Origin: Octopus bimaculoides
Lineage: Eukaryota
NCBI RefSeq assembly: GCF_001194135.2
Contig: NC_068988.1
Span: forward strand, 81,512,090-81,576,089
Reading direction: 5' to 3'
Length of the DNA stretch: 64,000 nt
In this document: positions 13,545 to 27,462 of the stretch, one piece after another
Layout of the letters: the number at the start of each line of letters is the position of its first letter
How positions within the stretch are numbered: the stretch's first letter is position 1
Notes under the pieces: model-generated
Told to the model about the DNA's origin: nothing
Database searches by the model: none
The model's input: only the letters and a program-made list of their open reading frames with translations
Made by a program: the position numbers and the translations under genes

Positions 13545-14040
13545 CAGCATCATCATCATTTAACATCTGCTTTCCATGCTAGCATGGGTTGGATGATTTG
13601 ACAGGGGACTGGCGAAGCGGATAGCTACACCAGACTCCAATCTGATTTGGCAGAGTTTCTACAGCTGGATGCACTTCCTAACACCAGCCACTCTGAGAGT
13701 GTAGTGGGTGCTTTTTACGTGTCACTGGCATGGGAGCCAGTCTGGCGGAACTGGCAACAGCCACGCTCAAATAGTGTTTTTTATGTGCGACCTGCTCAGG
13801 AGTCAGTCCAATGTTTTGTTCACATGCCACCGGCACAAGTGCCAGTAAGGCGAGGCTGGAAATGATCGCGCTCAAATGGTGCTTTTTACATGCCACCACC
13901 ACGGGAGTGAGACCGCTGCTCTGGCAGTGATCCCACTTGGATGGTGCTGCTAGCACTCTACTGGCATGGGTGCCAGTCATCAAATTTGGTTCAGTTTCGA
14001 TCTCACTTGCCCCAACAGGTCTTCACAAGCATGTGTCCAG
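13545..14040 (-). mobile_element. RTE-related 3' fragment with tandem units, minus strand
   Basis: Reverse complement of the RTE tail: catcatcatttaacatctgctttccatgctagcatgggttgg, with repeated gtgctttttac(a/g)tg(c/t)cac units. Confidence 0.8.
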
Positions 14041-14371
14041 TGAGGGAAGGTTGGCATGGGTGCCAGTCATCAAATTTGGTTCAATTTCGATTTCGATTTC
14101 ACTTGCCTCATGTATATATGTATATATATTCTTTTATTCTTTTACTTGTCTCAGTCGTTTGACTGTAGCCATGCTGGAGCACTGCCTTTAGTTGAGCAAA
14201 TTGACCCCAGAACTGATTCTTCGTAAGTCTAGTACTTATTCTATCAATCTCTTTTGCCAAACTGCTAAGTTTTGGGGATGTAAATGCATTAGCATCAGTT
14301 GTCAAGCAATGTTGGTGGGGGGGACAAACACAGACACACAAGCATATACACACGTGCATATATATATATAT

Positions 14372-14413
<42 letters not shown>

Positions 14414-14420
14414 GCATATA

Positions 14421-14843
14421 NNNNNNNNNNNNNNNNNNNNNNNNNNNNNNNNNNNNNNNNNNNNNNNNNNNNNNNNNNNNNNNNNNNNNNNNNNNNNNNN
14501 NNNNNNNNNNNNNNNNNNNNNNNNNNNNNNNNNNNNNNNNNNNNNNNNNNNNNNNNNNNNNNNNNNNNNNNNNNNNNNNNNNNNNNNNNNNNNNNNNNNN
14601 NNNNNNNNNNNNNNNNNNNNNNNNNNNNNNNNNNNNNNNNNNNNNNNNNNNNNNNNNNNNNNNNNNNNNNNNNNNNNNNNNNNNNNNNNNNNNNNNNNNN
14701 NNNNNNNNNNNNNNNNNNNNNNNNNNNNNNNNNNNNNNNNNNNNNNNNNNNNNNNNNNNNNNNNNNNNNNNNNNNNNNNNNNNNNNNNNNNNNNNNNNNN
14801 NNNNNNNNNNNNNNNNNNNNNNNNNNNNNNNNNNNNNNNNNNN
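14421..14843. other. Assembly gap (first of eight)
   Basis: N-runs at 14421-14843, 17681-18171, 25943-26533, 47175-47776, 49036-49107, 50327-51058, 53916-54230 and 59193-59313. Half of them abut (TA)n. Confidence 0.99.
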
Positions 14844-14915
14844 ATATATATAGAATAGTTTGGCATAGGCACGTCAAACTGTCCTACCCATGCCAGCACA
14901 GAAGGTGGACGTTAA

Positions 14916-14947
<32 letters not shown>

Positions 14948-14950
14948 ATG

Positions 14951-14991
<41 letters not shown>

Positions 14992-15024
14992 TGAGAGAGA
15001 GGAAAGATATGTCCATAAAGTAAG

Positions 15025-15065
<41 letters not shown>

Positions 15066-15132
15066 CTATGTATACATATATGTGTGCTTGTGCACATGTG
15101 TATATGTATATATGTATGGATATATATGTTCA

Positions 15133-15172
<40 letters not shown>

Positions 15173-15339
15173 TACACGAACATACATTACTTGAGTTATA
15201 TTTTCAACTGCGACAATACATCTTATTCTTCAAGAGCCTCAATTCAATGTAGGTACATATATTTACTAGATTGCTGAGACTTATTTATAGTTTTCTCCAT
15301 TGTGCCGTTTAGTATCATAAAACTGTTGGTATTTTTGTT

Positions 15340-15470
15340 GACATGGGTATGCTAGTGTTTAAATATTTTGTGTATTGTTGAATTATAACCAGTTTATTAC
15401 ACATAAATTTTAACAACGAAATCTTATATGGACCCCCATGAACCATATGAACTTCAGTTGAGAACCACTG
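15340..15470. mobile_element. Partial hAT MITE, same family as 44220-44458
   Basis: cataaattttaacaacgaaatcttatatggaccccca..gttgagaaccactg followed by atgtagac. Confidence 0.7.
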
Positions 15471-16359
15471 ATGTAGACTATAATAAAATGAGACTGCCAG
15501 TTTAAAACACATGCTAGTTTGCAAAGCATAGCTTTTAATTAAATTTGACATGAAATACCAATTTAAACATTATATTCCATCTCACTTACTTGGATGGCTT
15601 CCTTAGTGGCTACATCCAATAATTCAGGACCTCTTCAAGGATCTGTTATATTCCCATATTTCTTCCTATCTACACTAATAACCAATATGTGTCAGAGCTT
15701 GCAGTGTGGTTGTCAGCTAAGCTGAAGTATAGCTTATCTGGAAATGTAAGTCTTTGGATTGTACCTAGTTATTTGTATGTTGTTGGTATATTTGATTAGA
15801 ACTGACCTGAGGTTATATAACAACAACAACAACTGTAAATCTGAGCCACTTTCTGCCACAAACACTAATGAACCAACTCCAGTTCTTCTCTTCTAATCCA
15901 TTTGTGAATAAAGCATTTCCTCACTGTAAATTCATTGACAGCTTTGATTATTGAGTAAGATTTAATAAGAAATTGAAAAAAGAAAATCAACACAATCTAA
16001 TACTGAAACTTGGTCACACCAAAGAACCCCCAAAGCCAAACAAGTTGCTTGCAGAAAAGTATAAAAAAGAAAAGCGAAAAAATCTTCCATTCTTCTAGCG
16101 GTATCAAACAAAGTTCCACTGAAATATCTTTTTCCAATGTTTTCACTTCTATATAATTACTGTAACCTCGACGACGAACATAATTCTGTTATTTACATAA
16201 ATTATTAGTGCCTTCGAGCAAATCTTGGCCCACTTACCGTTTTCAGATGTAAAGAGTAGAAACAGTTTTTACCAAATCACAAAAGAAATAATGAAGCATT
16301 CATTTTTTTCCTGAAAACAAAATTATTGGAGAAATCTCTCAATCCTTATATGTCTTATG

Positions 16360-16800
16360 TTTAACCAAAGAACATATTTACTTAATCAGTAGATGTCAAG
16401 ATTGGTAGAGAGATATTTTAGGTCAGCCAAAGAACATTTATTTACTAAGTGGATCTCATAAGTATCTGTGGTGATGGTGGTGGTGGGGCGATATTGTAAG
16501 TCTAACAACAGAATATATTGATCCAAACAGTGGATGTCAGAATTGGTAGAGAGATATTGTAGGTCTAAATCAAAGAACATGTTTACTTAATCAGTAGATG
16601 TCAAGATTGGTAGAAAGATATTCTAGGTCCAATCAAAGAATATTTATTTACACAGAAGTGTGTGTGTGTATACGTACTAGGGGGGTGGGTATTGTAAGTC
16701 TAACAACAGAATATATTGATCTAAACAATGAATGTCAAGACTGGTAGAGATATATTACAGGTCTAACCAAAGAATATGTTTATTTAACCAATGGATGTAG
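16360..16800. repeat. Degenerate minisatellite, about 60-70 bp monomer with about 200 bp higher-order period
   Basis: caaagaacat(a/g)tttacttaatcagtagatgtcaagattggtag at 16366 and 16571; tattgtaagtctaacaacagaatatattgatc at 16492 and 16690. Confidence 0.85.
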
Positions 16801-17080
16801 AATCAGTAATGTTATGGACCAAATGCCTTGAATTATTTTGTTATATCCAAGCCACACTCTACTCAAATCTACCTTTCCTTCTCAGAGTTGATGATGTAGT
16901 ATGATGTGTGGCAGGGTGTGGGTGGATCAGGTGTGTGATATATACATATGAATTAAATGATGATGCTGCTTCTCTTCCCCTGTAAAATATTTATAAATTT
17001 TCACCTATGTTCACAGCAACAACAACTGGGTCTTTGCATTCAGTTGTGCTCCATTACACTTAGCACTTGGCATCATTTAA

Positions 17081-17290
17081 CCCTTTAGCATTCAGATTAA
17101 TCAGTCATATTTAATACTTATTTATTCACATTGTTTTAACTTAATCTCGTAGCTTTGAGATTTCAACGATATGATTGTTTATCATTAGAACAACATTGTA
17201 TGACAGGTGTGAGAGGTCAGATCTGGCCAGTTTGAACGTGAAACAAGTAAAATATTTAGGCCGGATATGGCCGGTTTAAATGTTAAAAAG
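17081..17290. mobile_element. TTAA-flanked (piggyBac-type) MITE, family 1
   Basis: ttaa|ccctttagcatt ... aatgttaaaaag|ttaa. A homologous copy lies at 39625-39845. Confidence 0.75.
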
Positions 17291-18172
17291 TTAATTCCTC
17301 ATTGAATATTTCTTTTACTGCTGTTAAGATTTTATAAGGTAAAAACATTAAAAAAAAAAACCCAAAAACTCAACAACCAGATTAATGTATTACAACACTA
17401 GAATATGCAAAAAAACATTGCAAATGAGAGGTGTCAACCAACTCAGTTTCTTAACATACATCACATTTCTGCTATGTCTGAATATTGTTACTGCAGTTAA
17501 TATGCTTAAAGATTTTATCCATTCCTAGTTAAATGCATCATCATTAATTATTGCTTTAGGTTCGAGTGTTTTGTTTGTCTCTTATATCATTACTATACCA
17601 TTTAATTCATTATCTCCCAACTCCCTCTTTTCCCTACACCTCTCACTCTACCCACTTTACTATATATATAGATCGGAAGANNNNNNNNNNNNNNNNNNNN
17701 NNNNNNNNNNNNNNNNNNNNNNNNNNNNNNNNNNNNNNNNNNNNNNNNNNNNNNNNNNNNNNNNNNNNNNNNNNNNNNNNNNNNNNNNNNNNNNNNNNNN
17801 NNNNNNNNNNNNNNNNNNNNNNNNNNNNNNNNNNNNNNNNNNNNNNNNNNNNNNNNNNNNNNNNNNNNNNNNNNNNNNNNNNNNNNNNNNNNNNNNNNNN
17901 NNNNNNNNNNNNNNNNNNNNNNNNNNNNNNNNNNNNNNNNNNNNNNNNNNNNNNNNNNNNNNNNNNNNNNNNNNNNNNNNNNNNNNNNNNNNNNNNNNNN
18001 NNNNNNNNNNNNNNNNNNNNNNNNNNNNNNNNNNNNNNNNNNNNNNNNNNNNNNNNNNNNNNNNNNNNNNNNNNNNNNNNNNNNNNNNNNNNNNNNNNNN
18101 NNNNNNNNNNNNNNNNNNNNNNNNNNNNNNNNNNNNNNNNNNNNNNNNNNNNNNNNNNNNNNNNNNNNNNNN

Positions 18173-18216
<44 letters not shown>

Positions 18217-19234
18217 AATTTAACAAAAACACAACAAACAGAAATATTACAAAAACATAACAAGCAGAAAGTTCGTAGTTCATCCCTCATCAGTCAACGT
18301 CCAAAAAAATCATTGCAATTTTGTGCCTTTAATGTTGATATTGTTCACTTTTGGTGGCACCAGTGGTGAAAAGCCACAGGGAATAGCTAATGTATGTACA
18401 GGACAATGACGAAAACAAACACAAGATATACACACACATACACACACATATACACACACATACATATACGTACATACATACATGTATTTGTATGTATATA
18501 TTAATTAAGAGCAGTCAATGGGAGATAATTAACTGTGGCAAATGTATAAGCAATGTTATTACATGTATCAAAAAGTTACATAAACCAACACTGGAATGGG
18601 TTATAGTGTGTCTGGTGGTTTTTCCTTAATTCCTGTATTTTGTAAAATGTGGACATGATGAAAAAATATTGCTCCTCGTATTTATACAGCTCATAGTGAT
18701 TCTCAAGTTTCTTAAACATACAAAATGTCTTTTGACCCATTAACATAAGGTTTGGTCTTTCATTTTATGTTGTATCATATACCACTCCCTGATACCCTAC
18801 AATATTATACACCCATGTCCTAACACACATTAATAAATGCTTTGTCAAATCTTACATAGATGGAACAATGTCACTATAGAATTATGCTTCCACATGTGAT
18901 TTTTCCAAAAAGTATTCACCCAGAACAATTTAAAACTAAACTTTAAATTCTCCCCTGCTAAGTCTCTAAGTTCCAATATAACTGAAATGAATACCAATAA
19001 CAAAAAATGACAATGACCATTATTTCAGCCAGAACAACGGAACAATCTCTTGGTGATTGTCTTTTAATTCCTGATATTCTTCATGTGATTATATTTTGAT
19101 CCATCTTTATATTCTGAAGATTCTATTATTCCTCAATCCATGATATTCTTCAAAGTAGTTCTAGTTTGATACGATTATAATCCATTGGGGTTTCCTTATT
19201 AATTCATTATAATCCTCAGGTGATTCCCTATTAA

Positions 19235-19240
<6 letters not shown>

Positions 19241-19294
<54 letters not shown>

Positions 19295-19295
19295 G

Positions 19296-19383
<88 letters not shown>

Positions 19384-19418
19384 TACTACTACTACTACTA
19401 TTATTATTATTATTATTA
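19241..19418. repeat. Long (TTA)n/(CTA)n microsatellite
   Basis: About 59 triplet units read directly. Many other microsatellites ((TA)n, (CA)n, (GA)n, (GAT)n, (CATA)n, (GATA)n) occur throughout the window. Confidence 0.97.
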
Positions 19419-19564
19419 GCTGATTCCATATTAATTCTTTATTATCCCCAGGTGATTCTATTTCAATTCAGTCATTGTTAAGTCATTTCAAAAACTGATA
19501 TTTTACTAATTACTTCCAGGATTTTTGACAGAGTTGCATGATTAGTTTGCTATTCTAAAGGAGA

Positions 19565-19660
<96 letters not shown>

Positions 19661-20606
19661 ATGAAAAGAAAGAAGGATCAGAGGGTGAGAGGAGCTTGGA
19701 AAAGAAAGTCTGGAAGAGTTCTGTGATAGTTAATATATCAAATAGTGGTTTCTTTTTGTGAAAAGTTAATAATTATTTAATCAAGATTTCCTTTCTCTAC
19801 ACACACAAGCAGTACGTTTATAGAGGAAGGAATATAAATGACCAAATCATTTCCAATATATCACTGGTACCTACAAAATGATAAGAAGATAAAGCTTAAT
19901 CCTGAGCAGAGACAGATAAGAATACTGTAATGGATTTAGTGTGGATTTAGTGCGGTGCTTTCATATTGATTTCAAATTCTGGCACAAGGCCAGCAATTTA
20001 GGGGGAGTAGGTAAGTTGATTACATTGACTACAATGCTCGACTGGTACTTATTTTATCGACCCTGAAAGGATGAAAAGCAAAGTTGACCCCAGTGGCATT
20101 TGAACTTAGAACGTAAAGATGGACGAAATGCTACAAAGCATTCTGCCTGGCATGCTGAAGATTCTACCAGTCCCCTGCCTTGTCTGGTGCTTTCATATTG
20201 ATGGCTAAAATAAGCAAGAGGAATTATAAAGTATTGTTTGTAGCCAAATAAATTAATGCCAGTAGTTGTATATTGAACAAACATCATCAGAATGAAGGCA
20301 ATTTGGCCAGCCTGGACAGGAATTGAACATAGAATAGAGAGATGTAGGCAAGTAGTGGATGACATTTTGTCTGATACCTCTCCCTTTTCTCTATCTGCCA
20401 TTCTAATGATAAATGTACATTAGATCTCTTAAACCTTACCAATTCTTCTATCCATCAATCTAATGACAGATGAATGTTATATATTTAGGTTTGTTGAGGA
20501 TTTTTAAATTGTTAATATTACACAGCAGAAGAAAATGATAAATTAATAGAGTTGAAGTTTAAAAAATAATTTAATTAAAATTGGGTAGAGTAGTTTTATG
20601 ATCATA

Positions 20607-20763
20607 GGCGCAGGAGCTGCTGTGTGGTAAGTAGCTTGCTTACCAACCACATGGTTCTGGGTTCATTGCGTGACACCTTGGGCAAGTGTCTTCTACTATA
20701 GCCTCGGGCCGTCCAAAGCCTTGTGAGTGGATTTGGTAGACGGAAACTGAAAGAAGCCCGTCG

Positions 20764-20817
<54 letters not shown>

Positions 20818-20980
20818 TGTGTTTGTCTCCCCAACATCGCTTGACAACCAATGCTGGTGTGTTTACGTCCCCGTAACTTAGCGGTTCGGCAAGTCCTGGG
20901 GTCGATTTGCTCGACTAAATGCGGTGCTCCAGCATGGCCGCAGTCAAATGACTGAAACATGTAAAAAGAAAAAGAAAAAA
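20607..20980 (+). mobile_element. tRNA-derived SINE family B with an internal (TA)/(TG) microsatellite
   Basis: Head ggcgcaggagctgctgtgtggtaagtagcttgcttaccaaccacatggttctgggttca, body ttgggcaagtgtcttctactatagcc, tail gctccagcatggccgcagtcaaatgactgaaac. Other approximate copies: 8555-9270(+), 9909-10300(+), 11570-11700(+), 14140-14345(-), 22995-23300(-), 29025-29165(-), 32950-33110(+), 40160-40570(-), 45330-45540(-), 49130-49295(-), 62705-63130(-). Confidence 0.85.
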
Positions 20981-23471
20981 AGAAAGGTATTGAACTGGTG
21001 AGCAGTATGCCATCAGTTCAAATCTGAACTGCAATTATATTTGAAATTATTACATGAGCACTCTGTTAGGACAAGACATATTACTCGAGCTACACGAGTA
21101 TTTCTAGTTCACATAAAGTTGTACTTATACTTCATGAATAAGTGGCTAGCAGCAGGAAGGGAATTAAGGTATAAAAACATTTGTTTTAACAATTTGCAAA
21201 TGTCTAACAGAGTAAACATTGTTAGACAAGAAAAAAATGGATGGAGAAATGGACTGGAAATGATTTAAACACAAAAATAGCAAAGATTAAGAAGTGTTTC
21301 ACATTGATTGATGTTTATCTTCAAGTAGAATTGCTATTCCAATATAGATATTGGCATAACGTCAATTAGTAGGTATAAATACCCTAGAGCAAGTACTGTT
21401 TAATGTCAGTGTGACCCAGGCTATGAAGGAAGCAGTTAGAGGAAGTTGTTATGCTCAATGGAAATGTTGCTTCTATTTCTGCCATCTGTCCCAAACAGAC
21501 TTCTAGAGTAAGGGCTAAGTTTCTTAAAGAGTCTAATTTCTGGACCCAGTTTTAATTCCCAATTTCCTTTTCATACCAATCCAATTCCCTTTTCATGTTC
21601 AAAAGCATCAGTGTCATATAGTTTTCTGAATTTAAAAAGTACATATATTTTTTTATAGCTTTGGTAGGGAATCATTAACAACTTTTTACTGGGTCTCCCA
21701 GCCACCACCACCACCGTCACCACCGCCGCCACCGCCACTGTCGCCGCCGCCGCCGCCGCCATCTTCATCATTTAATATCCATTTCCATGCTGGCATGGGT
21801 TGGATGGTTTGACAGGAGCTGGCAAGCAGGAGAGCTGCACCAGGCCCCAATTATCTGTTCTGGTATGGTTTCTATGGCTAGATACCCTTCCTTATGCCAA
21901 CCACTTTATAGAATGTACTTGGTGCTTTTTATGTGACATCAGCACAATAGTTTTTAATGTGGTACCAGCAGAGATGCTTGTTATGTGGTGCCAGCATGGG
22001 TGCTTTTTATGTGGTGTCAGCATGTGAGGAATAGGAGGGAACAATCTTCTGATCAGATATATATTCAGAATACTTGCAAGAGAATAGAGCCAGTTAAGGC
22101 TAGCTAGCAGTCAGATGGTGTTGGTATTAAACCAGGCAGTTAAGTCTATCCATCCTCAAAACAGGAACAATCCCTTCAATAAGCCTGTAGCTAGTTTGAA
22201 ATGTAATGTAACACTAATTTTTTACTTGTAAAAGGGTGGGGGTTTGATTTTAAGGTGAACAATAGTATAGTGAATTGGGTATAATTTAGTATTGAGCTTG
22301 GAAGCTCATGTTTGTATGTTCAAGTCATAAAAGAGCTTAACCTTTTTCCATCATTATAGAATTGAAAAACAAGCTTATTTTTCTGGATTCTTATTTGTGG
22401 TAAAACTTTACTCTTTCAGTAACATAAGAATTTATGTAGCATTCCACAAATATTGGTTTTAAATTTTGGTACAAGGCCAGCAACTTCAGGGAGGGGTAAG
22501 TTGATTAAATCAACTCCCAGTACTCAATTGGTACTCATTTTATCAGCCCTGAAAGGATGAAAGGTAAAGCTGACCTTGGTGGAATTTGAACTCAGAACAT
22601 AAAGAGAGAAATGAAATGCCGCTAAGCAATTTGTTTAGTGTGCCAATGATTCTGGCAGCTTGCCACTTTATATGCCACGCATATGAAACTTTGATTTGGA
22701 ATAACCTGCTAGTTCCAGATAATTCTTTCAAAATCTTGGAAAAAATGTTCAACTATGACCTAGCTGTCTTAGAGAACAGTTCAATTTCAGCTCAGATTTG
22801 AATTTCTCTGTTTATAATGAGATGGCTTATAAATGTATTTCAGAGAATCTTTCATGCTTCAGGCAGATATCGAGAAGTTGGTAAACTTCATTTATTGTCT
22901 TGACAGTGTCTTCTATAAATGGATTTCATAAAGATAATAAATAAAAGACATACAAATATTTGGGTCAATAATTAATTTACTGAACGTTAGTTTACTCTTT
23001 TACTTGTTTCAGTCATTTGACTGTGGCCATGCTGGAGCACTGCCTTTAGTCGAACAAATCGACCCTAGGACTTATTCTTTGGAAGCCTAGTACTTATTCT
23101 ATCAGTCTCTTTGGCCGAACTGCTAAGTTACGGGGACGTAAACACACCAGCATCGGTTGTCAAGCGATGTTGGGGGACAAACACAGACACACAAACATAT
23201 ACACACACATACATATATATATAGACATATATACGACGGGCTTCTTTCAGTTTCCGTCTACCAAATCCACTCACAAGGCTTTGGTCGGCCCGAGGCTAAT
23301 ATTTATAAGACAAATTCAACCCTTAAATCAATCAAAAGACTGATTCCATTCCCTTATTTCTGAATGCTACATTGGTATTGTAGCCTACCCAATGTTCTTT
23401 CTCTTATTTTTTCAGAATTTCTTTACACTTAGAGATGCAGAACAGAAAAAAAAGCTCTTCTGAGATCTAGA

Positions 23472-23587
23472 TATGGTGCCACTGTCAGGACATGATGCCC
23501 CTAACAGGATACGATTCCACTGTCAGGACATGGTACCACATCAAAATTGGTATCACTGTTAGGGTATGGTGCCATTGTCAGGATATG
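23472..23587. repeat. Degenerate minisatellite of about 19 bp
   Basis: atggtgccactgtcaggac-like unit repeated about 6 times. Confidence 0.65.
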
Positions 23588-24966
23588 AACTCACAACAGT
23601 GAATGACACGTTTTGTTACCTGATGCTATTATACTAATTGTGATGGATTATTGTTCTTAGTGTAATTGTTGCAGATTGAATGGCCACATAATGTACAGTG
23701 TTCCTGACTAAATTACATAGACAGAAGGGACATTATCATCGTCATCATCATCATTGTTTAACGTCTGCCTTCCATGTTGGCATGGGTGGGACAGGACCCA
23801 TGCTTAATTTAGACTGCTTCAAGGAGAAACTGGTGAAGCATCAGAAGTATATTGTTGAAAATCATTAAGATGGAGAATCTTAGATGTACAGAATAAAGGA
23901 GAGAAATAAAGGAAAACAGAGAATGAGAAAGACAGAGGAGAGGAGGAAAGAAAAGAAAGAAAGAGATGAGAGAGGAGGGAGGAGGGAGGGAAGGAGAAAG
24001 TGAGTGGGAGGATGAGAGAGAGTGAAAGAATTCAGAGATTTGATGTGCAACCCAGCCATATAAAAAGTGAAGTAGTCATGCTATTTGGGTATATGATAAA
24101 AAGAGTTGTGCACTTTCACTGTACATGTGTTATTGTAATTTCAACTACAAAAATCTACAATAAATTATAAGTTCAATGCTGAAACACTAGCATCATCATT
24201 AACAATACTACACTAACGAAGACTAGAACTACATAGTCTTACAAGTCTGTCTGAAATTAGGGAATTAATCAGCAGCACAAGTTGATGACAGAACAGATGA
24301 ACAAACATTTAAACAATTGATTCAAACCTGGAGAAAACTCCAAACCAAATTAAATAAAGTATTTCACTTGTAAATAAGAAATATGTTAAAGTTGATGAAC
24401 TACAAAGACAAACTAATGAACACTACTATGTTTTTTGTTAGTTCGCTTTTCATCTCTGGCGGAACACAGATGAAATTGTATTTAAATTCAATTTATGAAT
24501 ATTTATTTCAGACGTCATCTGTTTAACTCTAATATTATCTGACATTTACACAAGTGATTTTATGTTATGTCATAATAAAGCATAAACAAAGCTCGATCGT
24601 CATTTATAAACAGCTTATATGAAAATTATTGCAGGAATTTTCTTGTAGTTTATAGAGACAAACTACGATTTGGAATCTCAACAGTGACATTTATCTACAA
24701 ACATCAAACACTCATCATATTTATCTTCCATTTCTCATAAAAGATGGCAAATTTGCTAGCAAAAAGGAAAACAAACTATTGCTAATCAATAAACAAAGAC
24801 TAAACCATAGAATCATGGAACTCTAAATGTACCATCACACACACACACACACACACACACAGGTATTTCATAAATGCACAAACATATACACATGTATCTC
24901 TATACGTTCTTGTATATACACAATCTACACAAACATGCATACACACACACACACATTATATACATT

Positions 24967-25032
<66 letters not shown>

Positions 25033-25129
25033 GAGAGACAGACAGACAGACAGACAGAGCCAGAAAGACAGACAGACAGAAAGAATAGATACATATATAT
25101 ACGGTGAAATAATGTATAAACATCAAAGA

Positions 25130-25161
<32 letters not shown>

Positions 25162-25622
25162 TTGTTTTTATGGCTGTGTGATAATGATATTCATTTTGGA
25201 ACTATGTTTTAAGAGGTTCGGCTCCACTGTATGGATACTGTCAGATGGTGTTCTATACAATACCCATGTGTTGACCAAGATATTGAACGTGAAAGTATAA
25301 GATAGTAACTATGTATTATGTGTGCATTTGTGTGAGTGAGTGTATTTGTGTATGTGTGTATATACTTCTGTGAATGAGTTTGTATTTCCCCTCATCTTCA
25401 TATGTGTTTGGTGATTCTAAACAAAAGTCTCACTGCTCATATAGGGAACGTTGTTTGCTTCCAGATGTCCAGGCTAATCATTGTTTGATAGATTAAGGTA
25501 TTATTACCTTGCTCAGAAACAGGTAACAATTAGAGTCAGCAAGAACATCCAACCATAGGAAACTTTTCTCTGACTTAATCTCATGCAAAACTGATAAAAT
25601 GGAAAAAGGAGCATTAAAACAA

Positions 25623-25688
<66 letters not shown>

Positions 25689-25699
25689 TGTAAGGATCA

Positions 25700-25942
25700 T
25701 CTATATATATAAAACTGAGAATGTGTGTCTGTCTCTCTGTGCGTCTGCATGTGTGCATCACCAAAACTCAAGAACTACCCAACCGATTTCAATTAAATTT
25801 TACACATGCCTTACTTAGGGTCCATGCAGTGTCACATGCCAAAACAAATTTCAGCTTCTTGCCTAGTTCAAGCCTGGAGTAATCTCTTATCTCTTACACT
25901 GCTTCCGTATTACATGTCAAAACTGAAATAATAGCATCTCTA
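25700..25942 (+). mobile_element. Helitron-like (non-autonomous) 5' end running into a gap
   Basis: A|TCTATATATATAAAACTGAGAATGTGTGTCTGTC is the A|TC start typical of animal Helitrons. No 3' CTAG end was found after the gap. Confidence 0.55.
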
Positions 25943-27390
25943 NNNNNNNNNNNNNNNNNNNNNNNNNNNNNNNNNNNNNNNNNNNNNNNNNNNNNNNNNN
26001 NNNNNNNNNNNNNNNNNNNNNNNNNNNNNNNNNNNNNNNNNNNNNNNNNNNNNNNNNNNNNNNNNNNNNNNNNNNNNNNNNNNNNNNNNNNNNNNNNNNN
26101 NNNNNNNNNNNNNNNNNNNNNNNNNNNNNNNNNNNNNNNNNNNNNNNNNNNNNNNNNNNNNNNNNNNNNNNNNNNNNNNNNNNNNNNNNNNNNNNNNNNN
26201 NNNNNNNNNNNNNNNNNNNNNNNNNNNNNNNNNNNNNNNNNNNNNNNNNNNNNNNNNNNNNNNNNNNNNNNNNNNNNNNNNNNNNNNNNNNNNNNNNNNN
26301 NNNNNNNNNNNNNNNNNNNNNNNNNNNNNNNNNNNNNNNNNNNNNNNNNNNNNNNNNNNNNNNNNNNNNNNNNNNNNNNNNNNNNNNNNNNNNNNNNNNN
26401 NNNNNNNNNNNNNNNNNNNNNNNNNNNNNNNNNNNNNNNNNNNNNNNNNNNNNNNNNNNNNNNNNNNNNNNNNNNNNNNNNNNNNNNNNNNNNNNNNNNN
26501 NNNNNNNNNNNNNNNNNNNNNNNNNNNNNNNNNCTTAAACGTAAGACATTATGACCGATTATGAAAACAATAGATGGATAAGGTTATGACTTGATTCATT
26601 TGAAAAAAAACCGTTAGAGAATTGGACACTGCCGGATAGTGGGTTGGACAACACATGCATATAAATGTGTGAGAACGTACATGCATACATAAATACATAT
26701 ACACAAATACACATGGCCGCAGTCACATGACTGAAGCAAGTAAAACAGTAAAAAAACTATGCCATTTTAATCCCAAAGAAGGCCAGGTATCTCTGCTAAT
26801 ATACATATAAAGCAAAGATACACACCAACACATGCACGTGCGCGCCCACACACACACACACACACACATGCACGCACACACATAGTGATTGCTCCATCTT
26901 CACCGATGATTATTGTCTCCTTTGTTTCCTCATTATCAATGGCACTTCTCACTCTACATTCATGACTTCTCAGATGACTACTCAATCTTTCTGCAGATAT
27001 GTGTGGTTTGAAGCATAGATGGCAGATGAAAGTTGTAACTGACTGTATGCTTCCACCTGTTTAGATCTGCACATGTGGCTGCTTTTCCATCACCATAGGA
27101 ATTTCAGTAGATGAGATGACAAATGTGGTCAGCATAAAGAGATTCTGTATATCATTGGATTATAACGATAAATGCTTGTACAACATGAACCTATTTGATT
27201 CTCTGTCTGAAGAATTTCTTATAGGAGATATTTTACATGTTTTCTACAAACACATACAATTTTGTAACTCCTGTTGGCAAATGAAACATGTGTAATGTTG
27301 AATGGATAATAAAAAATTTTCCAATCTCCTGCTTTGAGATGCATGCATGCATGTGTGTGTGCGTGTGTGCATGCATGCATGCGTCCGTGC

Positions 27391-27460
<70 letters not shown>

Positions 27461-27462
<2 letters not shown>

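Noticed and set aside
14108-14971. Long ORFs of 150-300 aa here and at 17566-18369, 47133-47914, 50298-51219 and 53888-54259
   Set aside because: They are open only because they run through N-gaps and (TA)n.
18255-18300. Minus-strand CTGATGA..GAAC hammerhead candidate
   Set aside because: Stem II does not pair and no stem I partner was found.
19199-19481. Poly-Asn and poly-Leu ORFs, and similar HT/CV/ER/YI-repeat ORFs elsewhere
   Set aside because: These are translations of microsatellites.
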